Positions 26,576 to 40,243 are shown, counted from the first letter of the stretch. The stretch: DNA of 64,000 nucleotides from Octopus sinensis (GCF_006345805.1 NC_043002.1:85002001-85066000), one strand, 5' to 3'. Translations and numbers: made by a program. The notes: generated by a model not told the origin, from the sequence alone.

Positions 26576-26882
26576 TGGAGAGAGAGAGAGAGACAAAAAG
26601 AAAACGAGAGAAAGTGGAGAGAGAGAGAGAGAGAGATGGATGGGTTTATCGCTGATTGTGGTGGTTTCGCTCATCTTTTTATCTACGAAAAATGAAGATA
26701 AAGATACGATGACAAGAAAGCTTAGAAATTAAAGAGATTTGTTATAGTATCGCACATGTGTTTACGGTAAGAGTTGTTCTGGCCCTTTCCATTCTGTGTT
26801 CAAATCTCACTGAGGTCAACATTCTCTCTCATTCTTCACGGAAGATAAATAAATAAGATGTTAATAAAAGACTGAATTCGAT

Positions 26883-26938
<56 letters not shown>

Positions 26939-26939
26939 C

Positions 26940-27033
26940 ATTTCTCTTGCCGAACCGCTAAGTTACGGGGGTGTAAACACACCAGCATCAGTTGTCAAGC
27001 GATGTTGGGGGTGGGACAAATACATCACACAAA

Positions 27034-27085
<52 letters not shown>

Positions 27086-27209
27086 GATGGGCTTCTTTCA
27101 GTTTCCATCTACCAAATCCACTTTGGTCGGCCCGAGGCTATAGTAGAAGGTGCCACGCAGTGAGACTGAACCCGGAACCATGAGGTTGGTAAGTAAGCTA
27201 CTTACCACA
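26940..27209 (-). mobile_element. SINE family 1, partial
   Basis: Reverse-complement match to the family 1 head and core, with internal deletions. Confidence 0.8.
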
Positions 27210-27261
27210 TCTACTATAAATATAAAGGATGTCTAAACACTATAACAAAGACACATGAATG

Positions 27262-27737
27262 TATTGGATTGGCAACTAAGTTCCCGTCGTTTTTTAAAAT
27301 TTTGTAATTTATTGCGTTTTTAAATTCTGAAATCTATTTTTTTTTTTCGAGAATTCTATTTTTGAATCATTTTGGAATCTATTTTGCTTGCTTTTTTTTC
27401 TAGTTAATTTTATTTAACTTTTGTTTATTTTCAGATCATTAAAATGGAATGTCAAGTTAAGAAAACGAGCATTTTCGACACCTCCTTTTTTGCTTTTAAT
27501 CAAAGTTCTAAGGCCGCAAAAGCTGCTCGCGACATTTGTGCTGTGTATAGAGAGGAAGCAATAGCTGAAAGAACCACTCGTGATTGGTACACCAAGTACA
27601 AAAATGGAAATTTTGACCTAAAAGACGTACTTCGTTCTAGCCGTCCAGTTGAGTTCGATGAAGAGCGATTAAACCAACTTTTGCACGAAAATTCTCGTCA
27701 AACGACAAGGGAACTGGTAGAGAAATTAGAATGCTCC
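27262..27737 (+). mobile_element. mariner transposon 5' part (left TIR and transposase HTH), truncated
   Basis: TA-TTGGATTGGCAACTAAGTTCCC terminus at 27262. ORF from 27444: MECQVKK...AARDICAVY...RDWYTKYKNGNFDLKD..RSSRPVEFDEERLNQLLHENSRQTTREL. Confidence 0.9.
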
Positions 27738-28509
<772 letters not shown>

Positions 28510-29027
28510 CTGTCTCTGCCAAAGAGAATTAGAGAATTAAACCCTGTTATTCATATAAGATTGAACGAAAACGAAGAAATCAGTGGGGAAACGAACGAAA
28601 CAGAACAAAGAATTTTCTGAAATGTAAAAAGAATTAACAAGATTCACACACATCACCAGAGAAACAAGTTATTTTCTTAGAAAAAGAGAAAATGCACTAA
28701 TCTATAAAACTGGTGCACTGGAAAAAAGAAAAAAAAAGAGAGGCAGAACGAAAGAAAAGAAGTTCTTTGATTTTAAGTAAAGTACAAATGACTCTGAATA
28801 TTTAAGAAATGTAAAATACGACAAAGAAGATCCAGTTTTCTGTAAAAAAAAAATTTTTAACTATTTGTGTCGATTTTTCCTTTCACGCCACTGGAGTCAG
28901 TAAAATAAGTATCAATAATATATTCAATAAAATAAAACATAAACTCTCTTTAGTATTCCCAAATGTGTACTTTAGTCTTAGCAAAAGAAAGCATTATTTT
29001 GCCAAAAGGCTCTACAAATGTAGCTTA

Positions 29028-29080
<53 letters not shown>

Positions 29081-29081
<1 letters not shown>

Positions 29082-29623
29082 GAGTGAGAGAGCAGTGCAT
29101 GTCATCAAAGTGACACTGGGGTAAAATATACGAAGCCCAGTATACCCGTCATGACTACTCATCAGATAAAGGTGCATCAGGCACATGCACCACAACCATA
29201 CGTACGCGACATAGTGATCTCATATCAAGATAAAATGCGCATGGCCTTGCATGCGGAGACCTGATAGAATTATCTTCAGATTGAGTAGACCATCCTACTC
29301 AAAAGGTCCCTGAATAAGGTTTGTTTAAGGATGATGATCAAAAACCCAAGTTTCCAGCGGTAAATTATTTAAACCCCAAAGAATCCCTCTCAACACATGG
29401 CTATGATGCTCCCCCACTACTTCTGCTCATGATCAGAGATGCACATATCGTCAGCCACAAAGGGACACGGTCAAACAAGTGACAAGCACGTCTATGGTAT
29501 TGAGAAGAGTATTTGCTGAAGCCCATCTTTTATACTAAGACAAAACAATTTACATGATAACCCTTCCAATCAGTTAAGATCAGAAGCCATGAGAGCCACT
29601 GCCTAGTACTGCATCATGGAATT
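29081..29623 (-). mobile_element. ~540-bp non-coding (AAT)n-flanked retroposed unit, copy 1
   Basis: The plus strand begins TGAGTGAGAGAGCAGTGCAT directly after (ATT)n and ends ...TACTGCATCA before (ATT)n. Six further copies occur in the window. Confidence 0.8.
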
Positions 29624-29639
29624 TTATTATTATTATTGT

Positions 29640-29934
29640 TTTTAGCATTGAGCTCTGTTTTTTTTGTGGGTAGAGCATTGCTGTGAAGTATGCGTGTAAG
29701 ATAGAAATGTATTCCTCACGTGTCCATTTACGTCTTTTGGGTTTTAATTGCGGGACATGAGGTACAACGTCCGGCCCATTATTTTGACGGTCGTCATTTT
29801 CGTAGGGTACCGGTCCGTTTATTTCTGTTGTCACATTATTTCGCACGTGTAGTTTTTCGTACATTTTTTGTTGTAGGTTTAATGTACGTACCGCTCGATT
29901 GTTATTCTTGGGTTGAATAGTATCGGTGGCATTT
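29640..29934 (-). mobile_element. R4/Dong-type LINE N-terminal ORF fragment
   Basis: PQLKPKRRKWTREEYISILHAYFTAM resembles the Myb-like RxKWT motif at the start of R4-clade ORFs. Flanked by (AAT)n. Confidence 0.55.
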
Positions 29935-29935
29935 A

Positions 29936-30005
<70 letters not shown>

Positions 30006-30041
30006 CATTATTAATAATAATAATAATATTATTATTATTAT

Positions 30042-30565
30042 TGAGTGAGAGAGCAGTTCATGCCATCAAAGTGACACTGGGGTAAAATATACGAAGCCCA
30101 ATATACCCATCATGACTACCCGTCTGATAAGGGTACACCAGGCACATGCATCACAACCATATGTGCGCGACATGGTAATCTCATATCAAGATAAACAGCA
30201 CATGATCTTGCAGGTGGGGCCCAGTTAGAAATTTCTTCAGGTTGAGTAGCCCATCCCGCCATAAGGTCCCTGAATAAGGGTTGTTTAAGGACGTTGAAAG
30301 AACCACCCATGTTTCCAGAGGTGAATTATTCAAACCCCAAAGAATCCCTCTCAACACATGGCTATGATGCTCCCCCACTACTTCTGCTCGTGATCAGAGA
30401 TGCACATATCGTCAGCCACTAAGGGACATCCTCAAATGGTTATGGTCAAACAACTGACAAGCAAATTTGTGGTATTGAGCAGAATATTTGCTGTAGCCCA
30501 TCTTTTATACTAAGACAAAACAATGTACATGATAACACTTCCAATCAGTTAAGATCAGAAGTTAT

Positions 30566-30620
<55 letters not shown>

Positions 30621-31178
30621 CATTATTAATAATAATAATAATATTATTATTATTGAGTGAGAGAGCAGTTCATGCCATCAAAGTGACACTGGGGTAAAAT
30701 ATACGAAGCCCAATATACCCATCATGACTACCCGTCTGATAAGGGTACACCAGGCACATGCATCACAACCATATGTGCGCGACATGGTAATCTCATATCA
30801 AGATAAACAGCACATGATCTTGCAGGTGGGGCCCAGTTAGAAATTTCTTCAGGTTGAGTAGCCCATCCCGCTCATAAGGTCCCTGAATAAGGGTTGTTTA
30901 AGGACGTTGAAAGAACCACCCATGTTTCCAGAGGTGAATTATTCAAACCCCAAAGAATCCCTCTCAACACATGGCTATGATGCTCCCCCACTACTTCTGC
31001 TCGTGATCAGAGATGCACATATCGTCAGCCACTAAGGGACATCCTCAAATGGTTATGGTCAAACAACTGACAAGCAAATTTGTGGTATTGAGCAGAATAT
31101 TTGCTGTAGCCCATCTTTTATACTAAGACAAAACAATGTACATGATAACACTTCCAATCAGTTAAGATCAGAAGTTAT

Positions 31179-31179
<1 letters not shown>
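30042..31179 (-). repeat. Two near-identical copies of the 540-bp unit in tandem (30042-30566, 30654-31179; period 612 bp)
   Basis: The copies share diagnostic variants, the same truncation point and the same interrupted microsatellite spacer. Confidence 0.9.
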
Positions 31180-31212
<33 letters not shown>

Positions 31213-31230
31213 CATTATTATTATTATTAT

Positions 31231-31634
31231 TCTATGTTTGACTTTTGCTTTATATTTGTACAAGTTGGCTCCAAGTCTCACCCAGAGACCTCAAGAGACA
31301 ACAGGTTGGAAGTTCACGTTGTTGTTATGCCTAGTGTGCCATATATATTTTTGGGTGTTGTACAAGTGAATGTCAAAAAAAAAACGAAAATTATGAGATC
31401 ACATAGAAATTATGAGATCACATAGAAAGTATTTTGCGTAGGATATGAGCAGTTCCCATGAGCACTATCTTTTGAATTTCTGCCATTTTGGCGTTTCCTG
31501 GTATCTGAGTTAGGTAGCAATCAGTCCCTTTCGCTATCATTCCCAGGGCACCCATGACAACAGATATTGTTTTAGTTTTCAGGTTCCACATTTTGCTGAT
31601 TTCTATTTCAAGATCTTTATATTTGCTCAGTTTT

Positions 31635-31638
<4 letters not shown>
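31231..31638 (-). mobile_element. R4/Dong-type LINE 3' end (RLE C-terminus plus 3' UTR), family A
   Basis: KLSKYKDLEIEISKMWNLKTKTISVVMGALGMI...IQKIVLMGTAHILRKILSM*. (AAT)n on both sides. Confidence 0.9.
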
Positions 31639-31723
<85 letters not shown>

Positions 31724-31726
<3 letters not shown>

Positions 31727-32060
31727 TAGTTTTATTTTTATAGCGTGCTTTCACTTCACTACCGAGCGCAGCTCTGTGTGCCTTGGGTATGTGCTGTGAT
31801 TTGTTGTGATGCTCTGATGGTTATTGTATGGAAAGTGTTCTGCGTAGGATGTGTGCAGTGCCTAGTTGTGCAATTTTCTGTATGTTATATGTGTTTGTAA
31901 GTCCTGGTGTTTTTGTTATGTATTTGTCTGAATATTTTTTTATCATGCCTAATGCACCTACTATGATAGGAATTGTTTCTGTTTTCAGATTCCACATTCT
32001 AGTTACCTCTATTTCCAGGTCTTTGTATTTTGAGAGTTTCTCCATTTCTTTTAGAGACAT
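31724..32060 (-). mobile_element. R4/Dong-type LINE 3' end, family B
   Basis: KEMEKLSKYKDLEIEVTRMWNLKTETIPIIVGALGMIKK...GTAHILRRTLSIQ*. The 3' UTR differs from family A. (AAT)n on both sides. Confidence 0.9.
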
Positions 32061-32064
32061 TATC

Positions 32065-32132
<68 letters not shown>

Positions 32133-32212
32133 TATTATTGATGATGATGATGATGATGATGATGATGAGGTGGAGGAGGAGGAGGAGGAGGAGGAGGAGG
32201 GAGGTGGTGGAG

Positions 32213-33150
32213 GAGGCGAGCTAGAAGAATCGTTAGTATACCGAGCAAAATAATTAACGGCATTTCGTTTGTCTTTACATTCTGAGTTGAAATTTCGCCG
32301 AGGTCGGCTTTGTCTTTCATCCTGTCTGGGTCGAAAAATTAAATACCATTTGAACACTGGGGTCAATGTAATTAACTAGCCCCAGCCCGATAATTTCAGG
32401 CCTTGTACCTAATAATAGGAAGGGTTATTATCATCATTATTTTGTTTTGGCATTGGGAAAAAGCTCCTTCAGATCACTCTAAACTTTGTTGATTGTAAAG
32501 TGCATTTTTTAAAGTCTACTCTTATATGTTTTTTCATACCGCTTTTGTTGAAAACTAACCAGGAACCCGAGGACCTAGTCTGTTTCATGTTCGTTTAGAC
32601 CTTCATGGAGGAATTAATTATCTATTTCCGGAACTTGCTTTTAAAAATATCTACACATGGCGTTGAAATTATCGATAGGCGACCTGAAGGATGAAAGCTG
32701 TGTGAGAAGTAGTAATCTTGGTGCTGCTTCTCCTACTATAATGGCTATAAAAAGGCGGCGAGCAGGCAGAAATTTTAGCACGCCGGGCGAAATGCGTTGC
32801 CGTATTTCGTCTGCCGTTACGTTCTGTGTTCAAATTCCGCCGAGGTCGACTTTGCCTTTCATCCTTTCGGGGGTCGATTAAATAAGTAGTTACACACTGG
32901 GGTCGATGTAATCGACTTAATCCGTTTGTCTGTCCTTGTTTGTCCTCTCTGTGTTTCGCCCCTTGTGGGTAGTAAAGAAATAGGTATTTCGTCTGCCGCT
33001 ACGTTCTGTTGTCAAATTCCGCCGAGATCAACTTTGCTTTTCATCCTTTCGGGGTCGATAAATTAAGTATCAGTTGCGTACTGGGGTCGATCTAATCGAC
33101 TGGCTCCCTCTCCAAAAATTTCGGACCTTTGCCTAGAGTAGAAAGGAATG
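32213..33150 (+). mobile_element. Cluster of SINE family 2 copies (MetaSINE-like core)
   Basis: Repeated GGCGGCGAGC(T/A)GGCAGAA heads and TTCAAATTCCGCCGAGGTCGACTTTGCCTTTCATCCTTTCGGGGTCGAT cores at ~32213, 32752 and ~32985. Confidence 0.85.
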
Positions 33151-33344
33151 TTAATGGCTATAAGGCAAAGCACCACACCGTACACCTGTGCAACAAATGG
33201 CTGCAAATCACCTATAAATACAACAGCTATAACAAAAACGGAAGAATAGATTAGGACAGTGACACCACTGTTATTACCGCCGCCACCATCGCTGCGGTAA
33301 GTAGCGGTGACGGCTACAAGAACAATAACGTCAACGACGGTATA

Positions 33345-33845
33345 ACTGGTACTCCATCGATTACGACAATGTCGGTTTCAGTTGTTTCGATCAGGATAAT
33401 AGGCTGCTCGTGAAATTAATGAGCACTCCACAGACACGCGTACCTTTAACGTAGTTCTCAGGTAGATTCAGTGTGAAACAGAATGTGACAAGGCTGACCC
33501 TTTGAAATACAGATACTGCTCATTTTTGCCAGTTGAGGGGACTGGAGCAACGTGAAATAAAATCTCTTGCTCAATGCCACAACGCGCGGTCGGGAATCGA
33601 ACTCACGACCTTGCGATAGTGAGCCGAATACCTTAACCACTAATCTCAGGGAGATTCAGTGTAAAATGGCATGCGATAAGGTCGGCCCTTTGTAATATAC
33701 AGGTACAACTCATTTTTGCTAGCCCAATGGACTTGGGTAACATGAGATAAGGTTTCTTGCTCAAGGACACATGCGCGGTCGGGAATCGAACTCACGATCT
33801 TACAACCGTGAGCCGAATACCTAAACCACTAAGCCACAGGCCTTC
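33345..33845 (-). mobile_element. tRNA-headed CORE-like SINE family 3, with partial duplicate
   Basis: The minus strand has TAGTGGTTAAGG...GAGTTCGATTCCC A/B boxes twice and a TTGAGCAAGA-type core. Confidence 0.7.
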
Positions 33846-34767
33846 ATCGACGCCGACAAAAGTTAAAAGTAAAAAAAAGTACTGCATCAGGAACAGCAGC
33901 AGCAGCAGCAACAACAACAACAACAACAACAAGGCTGATAACGATAACGACAAAAAATAAGAGAACAGGAGCATCACCACTTTTACCAATACTACTACAA
34001 ACACCACCACCACCACCATCCTACTACAACGCCCTCGCCAGCATTAACTCTAGAACTAATACTGCGAGTGACACACACACAAAAAAAAAACAGCTCTTAA
34101 ACGCTTTTGTTAACGCGTGTCGAATGCAATGAATCAATTCCTCTATCACTGCAGAATTTGAAAAATGTCAAAAGACAAAAAAAAAAAAAAATTAAAATTC
34201 CTCACCAAGATTCAACCACTATGTTTGAATAATAGATGGATGGAGGGATGGAGGGATGGAGGGATGGAGGGATGGATGATCACAGCGGAAATGCTTTGGA
34301 TTATGAATCCTGCTTGATCAAAACTGACCTTGGGTTAAACAAGGGTAAATAAATAAAAACAAGACACGTTTGCGGTGGCCGCGGCGACGGCAGCGGCGGC
34401 GGTGGTGGTTGTTGTTGTGGTGGTGGTGGTGGTGGTGGTGGTGGCGGTGGTCTGCACTAATTGACCTGATTAATACCAGTGACCTATTTTTTTTGTTTTT
34501 GGTTTCTGTTTGTGGTTATCGGTATAGACGTAGTCGTCGTCCTAGACGTTATCATCATCAACATCATCATCATCATCATCATCATCATCGATATCATCAC
34601 CAACATCATCACCTTTATCACTGTCTCCATCAGCCACTCACACCAACACGACAGCCACCACCACCACCACCACCACCACCACCATCGCCACCATCATCAT
34701 CATCATCATCATCATCATCGTTTCCGCCAACAACACCGCTTCCAGCACCACTATCATCATCATCATC

Positions 34768-34806
<39 letters not shown>

Positions 34807-35004
34807 CCAGCAGCAGTAGCATCACCAGCAGCGGTAGCATCATTAAGGTGTCATTCCCTTCATTAAAGTAAAGGTTCTGAACATTGTTGTTAGACTGTTT
34901 TCATTTCATTTCCTTGCCTACTGTTTGATCCTAAGCTCGTTGTTGAGGTTTGAATACCTATGTAAATAAACACCTTTCATCTATTCATTAATATTATTGT
35001 TGTT

Positions 35005-35700
35005 TTACGTTCTGAGTTCAATATTCCGCCGAGGTCGACTTTGAGAAGGCGGCGAGCTGGCAGAAACGTTAGCACGCCGGGCGAAATGCGTAGCCGTATT
35101 TCGTCTGCCGTTACGTTCTGAGTTCAAATTCCGCCGAGGTCCACTTTGCCTTTCATCCTTTCGGGGTCGATAAATTAAGTACCAGTTACGCAATGGGGTC
35201 GATGTAATCGACTTAATACCTTTGTCTGTCCTTGTTTGTTCCCTCTATGTTTAGCTCCTTGTGGGCAATAAAGAAATAAGAATCGTTAAAATTCCGCCGT
35301 GGTCGACTTTGCCTTTCATCCTTTCGAGGTCGATAAAGTAGGTACCAGTGAAGCACTGAGTTCGATGTAATTGACTAGAGCCTTCCCCACCAACAAGTTT
35401 TAGGCTTTGTGCCTTTCGTAGAAAGGATCATTGTTATTGATTTACGTTCTGCGTTCAATATTCCGCCGAGGTCGACTTTGAAAAGAAGGCGGCGAGCTGG
35501 CAGAATCGTTAAAACGCCAGGCGAAACGCCGTTAAGCATTTCACCCGTTTTCACATTCTGAGTTCAAATTCCGCCGAGGTCAATTTTTCCTTCTTTCGTG
35601 GTCGATGAAATAAGCAGCAGTTGAAAACTGAAGTCGTAGCAATCGACTTACCCACTCCCCCGAAATTGCTCGCCTTGTGCCAAGATATGAAACCATTATC
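35005..35700 (+). mobile_element. Nested stack of SINE family 2 copies and fragments
   Basis: At least five repeats of the TTCTGAGTTCAA..CCGCCGAGGTC core, all on the plus strand. Confidence 0.85.
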
Positions 35701-35704
35701 ATTA

Positions 35705-35735
<31 letters not shown>

Positions 35736-36039
35736 CGTCTTCTTCCAATCAGGACTCACGCCAATAGCCACAAAGAATAATCTCTAATTCGATCCTACTC
35801 TAAGCTACTAACAATGCGTGTGGCAACTTGAAGATCCACCCACCACATGCGATAGACTGGCAGTTGCTCGGGCGCGAAAGCTACGTTGTTATCTTCATTC
35901 GGTAAATGGTGGCTTTTAACGGGTGGAGAGCTGAACCATACTGGGGTACAGAGGATTCGCAATCTAGACTAGGGTCTGAAAGTTTACCACACCATAGTGG
36001 GTTCCTCTGCTTTGTGGGAGCAGTAGAAAGAAATAGTGA

Positions 36040-36217
36040 AAGAAAGTTGTGGTGAAAGAGTACAGCGGAGTTCACACTCCACCACCCCCCGCCGGAGCAT
36101 CGTGGAGCATAGGTGTTTTTGCTCAATAAACACTCGCAATGCCCGGTCTGGGAATCGAAACCGCGTTTTTACGACCGCGAGTCTGCTGCCGTAACCAATG
36201 GGCCATTGCGCCTCCAC
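36040..36217 (-). mobile_element. tRNA-headed SINE, family 4 head region
   Basis: The minus strand reads GTGGAGGCGCAATGGCCCATTGGTTACGGC...GGTTTCGATTCCCAGACC. Confidence 0.7.
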
Positions 36218-36242
36218 TGTTGTTGTTGCCGTCGTCGTCGTT

Positions 36243-36690
36243 AAGGCGGTGAGCCAGCAGAATCGTTAGCATGTCGGGTAAAAATGCTTAGCAGTATTTC
36301 GTCCGTCTTTATGGTTCTGAGTTCAAATTCCGCCAAGATCGATTTTGCCTTTTATCATTTCGGAGTCGATAAAATAAGTACCAGTCGAACACTGGGGAAG
36401 ATGCTATCGTCATAACCCCCCACCTGGAGTTGCTGGACTTGTGCCAAAATTTGAAACCATGATTATTATTATAGTTGTTGTTGTTAAGGCTGTAAGCTGG
36501 TAGAATCGTTAGAACGGCAGGTAAAATGCATAGCGCAATTTCGTCCGTCTTCATGTTCAGAGTGCAAATTCCACCGAGATCGTTTCGATGTCTATAAATT
36601 ACGTACCTGTGAAACACTGGGGTCGATGTAATCGACTAGTTACTTTCGACAAAACTTCAGGCCTTGTGCCTATAGTAGAAAGGATTATTA
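36243..36690 (+). mobile_element. Two SINE family 2 copies; the second ends in an (ATT)n tail
   Basis: Head and core twice. The tail GAAAGGATTATTATT runs into the (ATT)n tract at 36686-36761. Confidence 0.75.
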
Positions 36691-36724
36691 TTATTATTAT
36701 TAATTATTATTATTATTATTATTA

Positions 36725-36761
<37 letters not shown>

Positions 36762-36762
<1 letters not shown>

Positions 36763-37307
36763 GAGTGAGAGAGCAGTTCATGCCATCAAAGTGACACTGG
36801 GGTAAAATATACGAAGCCCAATCATCATGACTACCCGTCTGATAAGGGTACACCAGGCACATGCATCACAACCATATGTGCGCGACATGGTGATCTCATA
36901 TCAAGACAAACAGCACATGACCTTGCAGGTGGGACCCTGTTAGAATTTTCTTCTGCTTGAGTAGCCCATCCCGCTCAAAAGGTCCCTGAATAAGGGTTGT
37001 TTAAGGATGTTGAAAGAACCACCCATGTTTCCAGAGGTGAATTATTCAAACCCGAAAGAATCCCTCTCAACACATGGCTATGATGCTTCCCCACTACTTC
37101 TGCTCGTGATCAGAGATGCAATTATCGTCAGCCACCAAGGGACAAGCTCAACTGGTTAAGGTCAAACAACTGACAAGCAAATCTGTGGTATTGAGCAGAA
37201 TATTTGCTGTAGCCCATCTTTTATACCAAGACAAAACAATGTACATGATAACACTTCCAATCAGTTAAGATCAGAAGCCATGAGAGCCACTGTCTGGTAC
37301 TGCATCA

Positions 37308-37379
<72 letters not shown>

Positions 37380-37956
37380 GAGTGAGAGAGAAGTGCATAC
37401 CATCAAAGTGACACTGGGGTAAAATATATGAAGCTCAGTATACCCATCATGACTACCCATCTGATAAGGCTACACCAAGCACATGCATCACAACCAAATG
37501 TGCGCAGCATGGTGATTTCATATCAAGATAAACAGCGCATGACCTTGCAGATGGGGGCCCAGTTAGAATTTTCTTCTGGTCGAGTAGCCCATCCTGATCA
37601 AAAGGTCCTTGAGTGAGGGTTGTTTAAGGATGTTGAACGAAACACCAATGTTTCCGGAGGTGAATTATTCAAACACTAAAGAATCCCTGTCAACACATGG
37701 CCATGATGCTCCCCCACTACTACTGTTCGTGATTAGAGATTCACATATCGTCAGCTACTAAGAGACGTGCTAAAGTGGTTGAGGTCAAACAACTGACAAG
37801 TAAATCTGTGGTATTGAGCAGAATATTTGCTGTTGCCCATTTTTTATACCAAGTCAAAACAATGTACATGATAACACTTCCAATCAGATAAGATCAGTAG
37901 CCACGAGAGCCACTGTCTGGTACTACATCAGGGCATTATATTGCATCAGGGCATTT
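36762..37956 (-). mobile_element. Two diverged copies of the 540-bp (AAT)n-flanked unit (36762-37308, 37379-37956)
   Basis: Same ends as the other copies, separated by pure (ATT)n. The copies differ at many sites, so they are independent insertions. Confidence 0.85.
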
Positions 37957-37999
37957 TATTATCATCATCATTGTCATCATCATCATCATCGTCGTTCTT

Positions 38000-38109
<110 letters not shown>

Positions 38110-38289
38110 CATCAGCAGGTGTACCACCACCACCTTCATCATCGTCATTAATATATTCTGGATCGATTTAATGAACAACCATTCCCCTTCCCGAATAAAT
38201 CAAGTCTTTTTCTCATACTAGATATTATCGTTGTCGTCATCATCATCACCACCATCATCACCATTATCATCATTATTCTTAAGTCTTAT

Positions 38290-38770
38290 TTATATTTGGT
38301 TACTTGCACTAAACAACTGAGCACAACTCTGTTGGCCGTTGGTTCGTACAGTGTTTTGTATTGATTTTTCCTTTGTCAACACTCTACATATGTATATAGT
38401 ACCTAGAAGTACAAGTTGTTGTATATGTGTAAGTCTTGGGGTATGGGCAATGTATTTGTTTGTAATTTTTTAATCCTTCCAAAGTTATCTCCTATTATGG
38501 GGAGTGTTTCTGTCTTCAATTCCTATCCCCAGTATTCTATTTATCTCCATTTCCTGATCTTTATAGTTGGATTATTTCGTTGTTTCTTATCGGCACACAT
38601 TATCGCCTGCTGGGACTGATATTTTGCTTAAGAAGCACTTCATTTTATGTTCATTTTCGTTCTTGACCATACACCTGATGAATTGGCTTTGATTTTTATG
38701 TCGATGTGAATTAGTGTATATCATGACATGATCGCTTATATTTTTGTTGGTGTGTGTACATACTTCTTTT
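38290..38770 (-). mobile_element. Older R4/Dong-type RLE domain remnant
   Basis: ...MVKNENEHKMKCFLSKISVPAGDNVCR*ETTK*SNYKDQEMEI, matching the PD..D.x.P...KE..KL.KYKDLEIE region. Confidence 0.6.
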
Positions 38771-38809
38771 CTTTTGGTATTTCATAATGTTGACATAACT
38801 TCCATGCTG

Positions 38810-39560
38810 CGTAAAATGGTTGGTAGTCAGTGTCTGCGCGAGAAGCAAAATTTCCTAGTTTGCATGGTCAGTACTACGAGCTTTACATATACAAGCCAAA
38901 CTTTTCTTGGCTAGTTTCTACTGCAACCGACATCTCTTGGTTTACGTCTGTTGAATAGGAACGTTCTCTGCTGTGTTCTCCGGGAGTGGAACGGCTGCGG
39001 AAAGAAGCAAACAAAAGGAACATAATAATTTCCTAAGATTTTTACCGTGAAACTCACGAAGATTGGCATTTGTCATTGGTAACGTTGTCGGATCCATACA
39101 GACCTCTCTACAACCTTCACCTTGTGTCATCCTTCATAAGGAGGACAGGCGATAAACCTGGCTTCAGTGAGGCTCCGATTCACTTGAATCAATCCAAACC
39201 GTTGGCTACTAGTATTTGATGATTGTTCTTAGCACAGCGGGTTTCGTTCTAGAATCTAGAATCTACAACAGAATCTGCTCAGTAGTCAAGCTAAATGGCG
39301 ACCTATCGAAACCGATTCCGATAATGCGCTCAAGTTGTCAAGGTTGTTTTTCTCATCGTTGTTGAGTAATTGTTACTGAAGCTAAAAGACGCGGGTCTGT
39401 CGATTTGGTACACACAGCGATGTCACTGTGACAATGTCGAACACCACGAAAATCGAGATGCTGGGCACCATGCTTATAGAATATGTGGTGGAATCAGGAG
39501 AACTCAAATAAGAAGGACAAGTCCGGGTACATGCAAATCGGTATGTGGAGAAATTACAGA
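38810..39560 (+). mobile_element. Old Tx1-type LINE RT remnant, opposite strand to the 15-18 kb copy
   Basis: Collinear peptides AKFPSLHGQYYELY, RRLAFVIGNVVGSIQT, NLHL...PIHLNQSK, YLMIVLSTAGF, RICSVVKLNGDLSKPIPIMRSSCQGC and DVTVTMSNTTKIEMLG match the 15-18 kb ORF2. Confidence 0.75.
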
Positions 39561-40198
39561 AACTATGAAGTAAAATTAGTTTTTTTGTGTGTGTTAGACA
39601 ATATAGAATGTATTAAAAAATATATTTGCGAGAATGTGTACAAAAAACCTTGTGCAGGAATATATGGAACTACTGATATTGTTGAACAATTGACCTTTCG
39701 AGTTGATTTGCGTGGATCCGTCGCAATAATGGCCTCAGTTGGTCGTTGTCAATAGTTGGAAGTCGTCCTTTCTCATCTTCAAAGCTCTCGTTTCCTCTAA
39801 GAAAATTTTAGGGCTAATGTTGAGTTTCACGTTCATTGACGGTCCTACGGGATAAATTCTTGGTTGATAATACGAGTAACTTCTGTAGCTCTGTGTCCCA
39901 TTTTGAATTCATATAATAAAATATACCGATGCACTGACTTGAGTTTTAATCGACTCCAGTATCTATGGTACTTATTTTATCGGTGTTTTTTGCCAAACCG
40001 CTAGGTTTCAGGGACATAAACAAACCAACAAACGATTGTCAAGACACAAATAGCTACACTCAAACACACACACACGCACATGTATGTGTGCATGTGTACG
40101 ACGGGCTTCCATACAGTTTCGTCTACCAGATTCACTCATAAGGCATTGGGCGGCACCGCGATTTTAATATAAGCTTCTTAACCACACAGACATGTAGA

Positions 40199-40243
<45 letters not shown>

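Noticed and set aside
38885-38996. Strong minus-strand acceptor (TTTGCTTCTTTCCGCAG) with a plausible C-terminal peptide
   Set aside because: The segment is the antisense of a Tx1 RT remnant that is collinear on the plus strand from 38810 to 39560.
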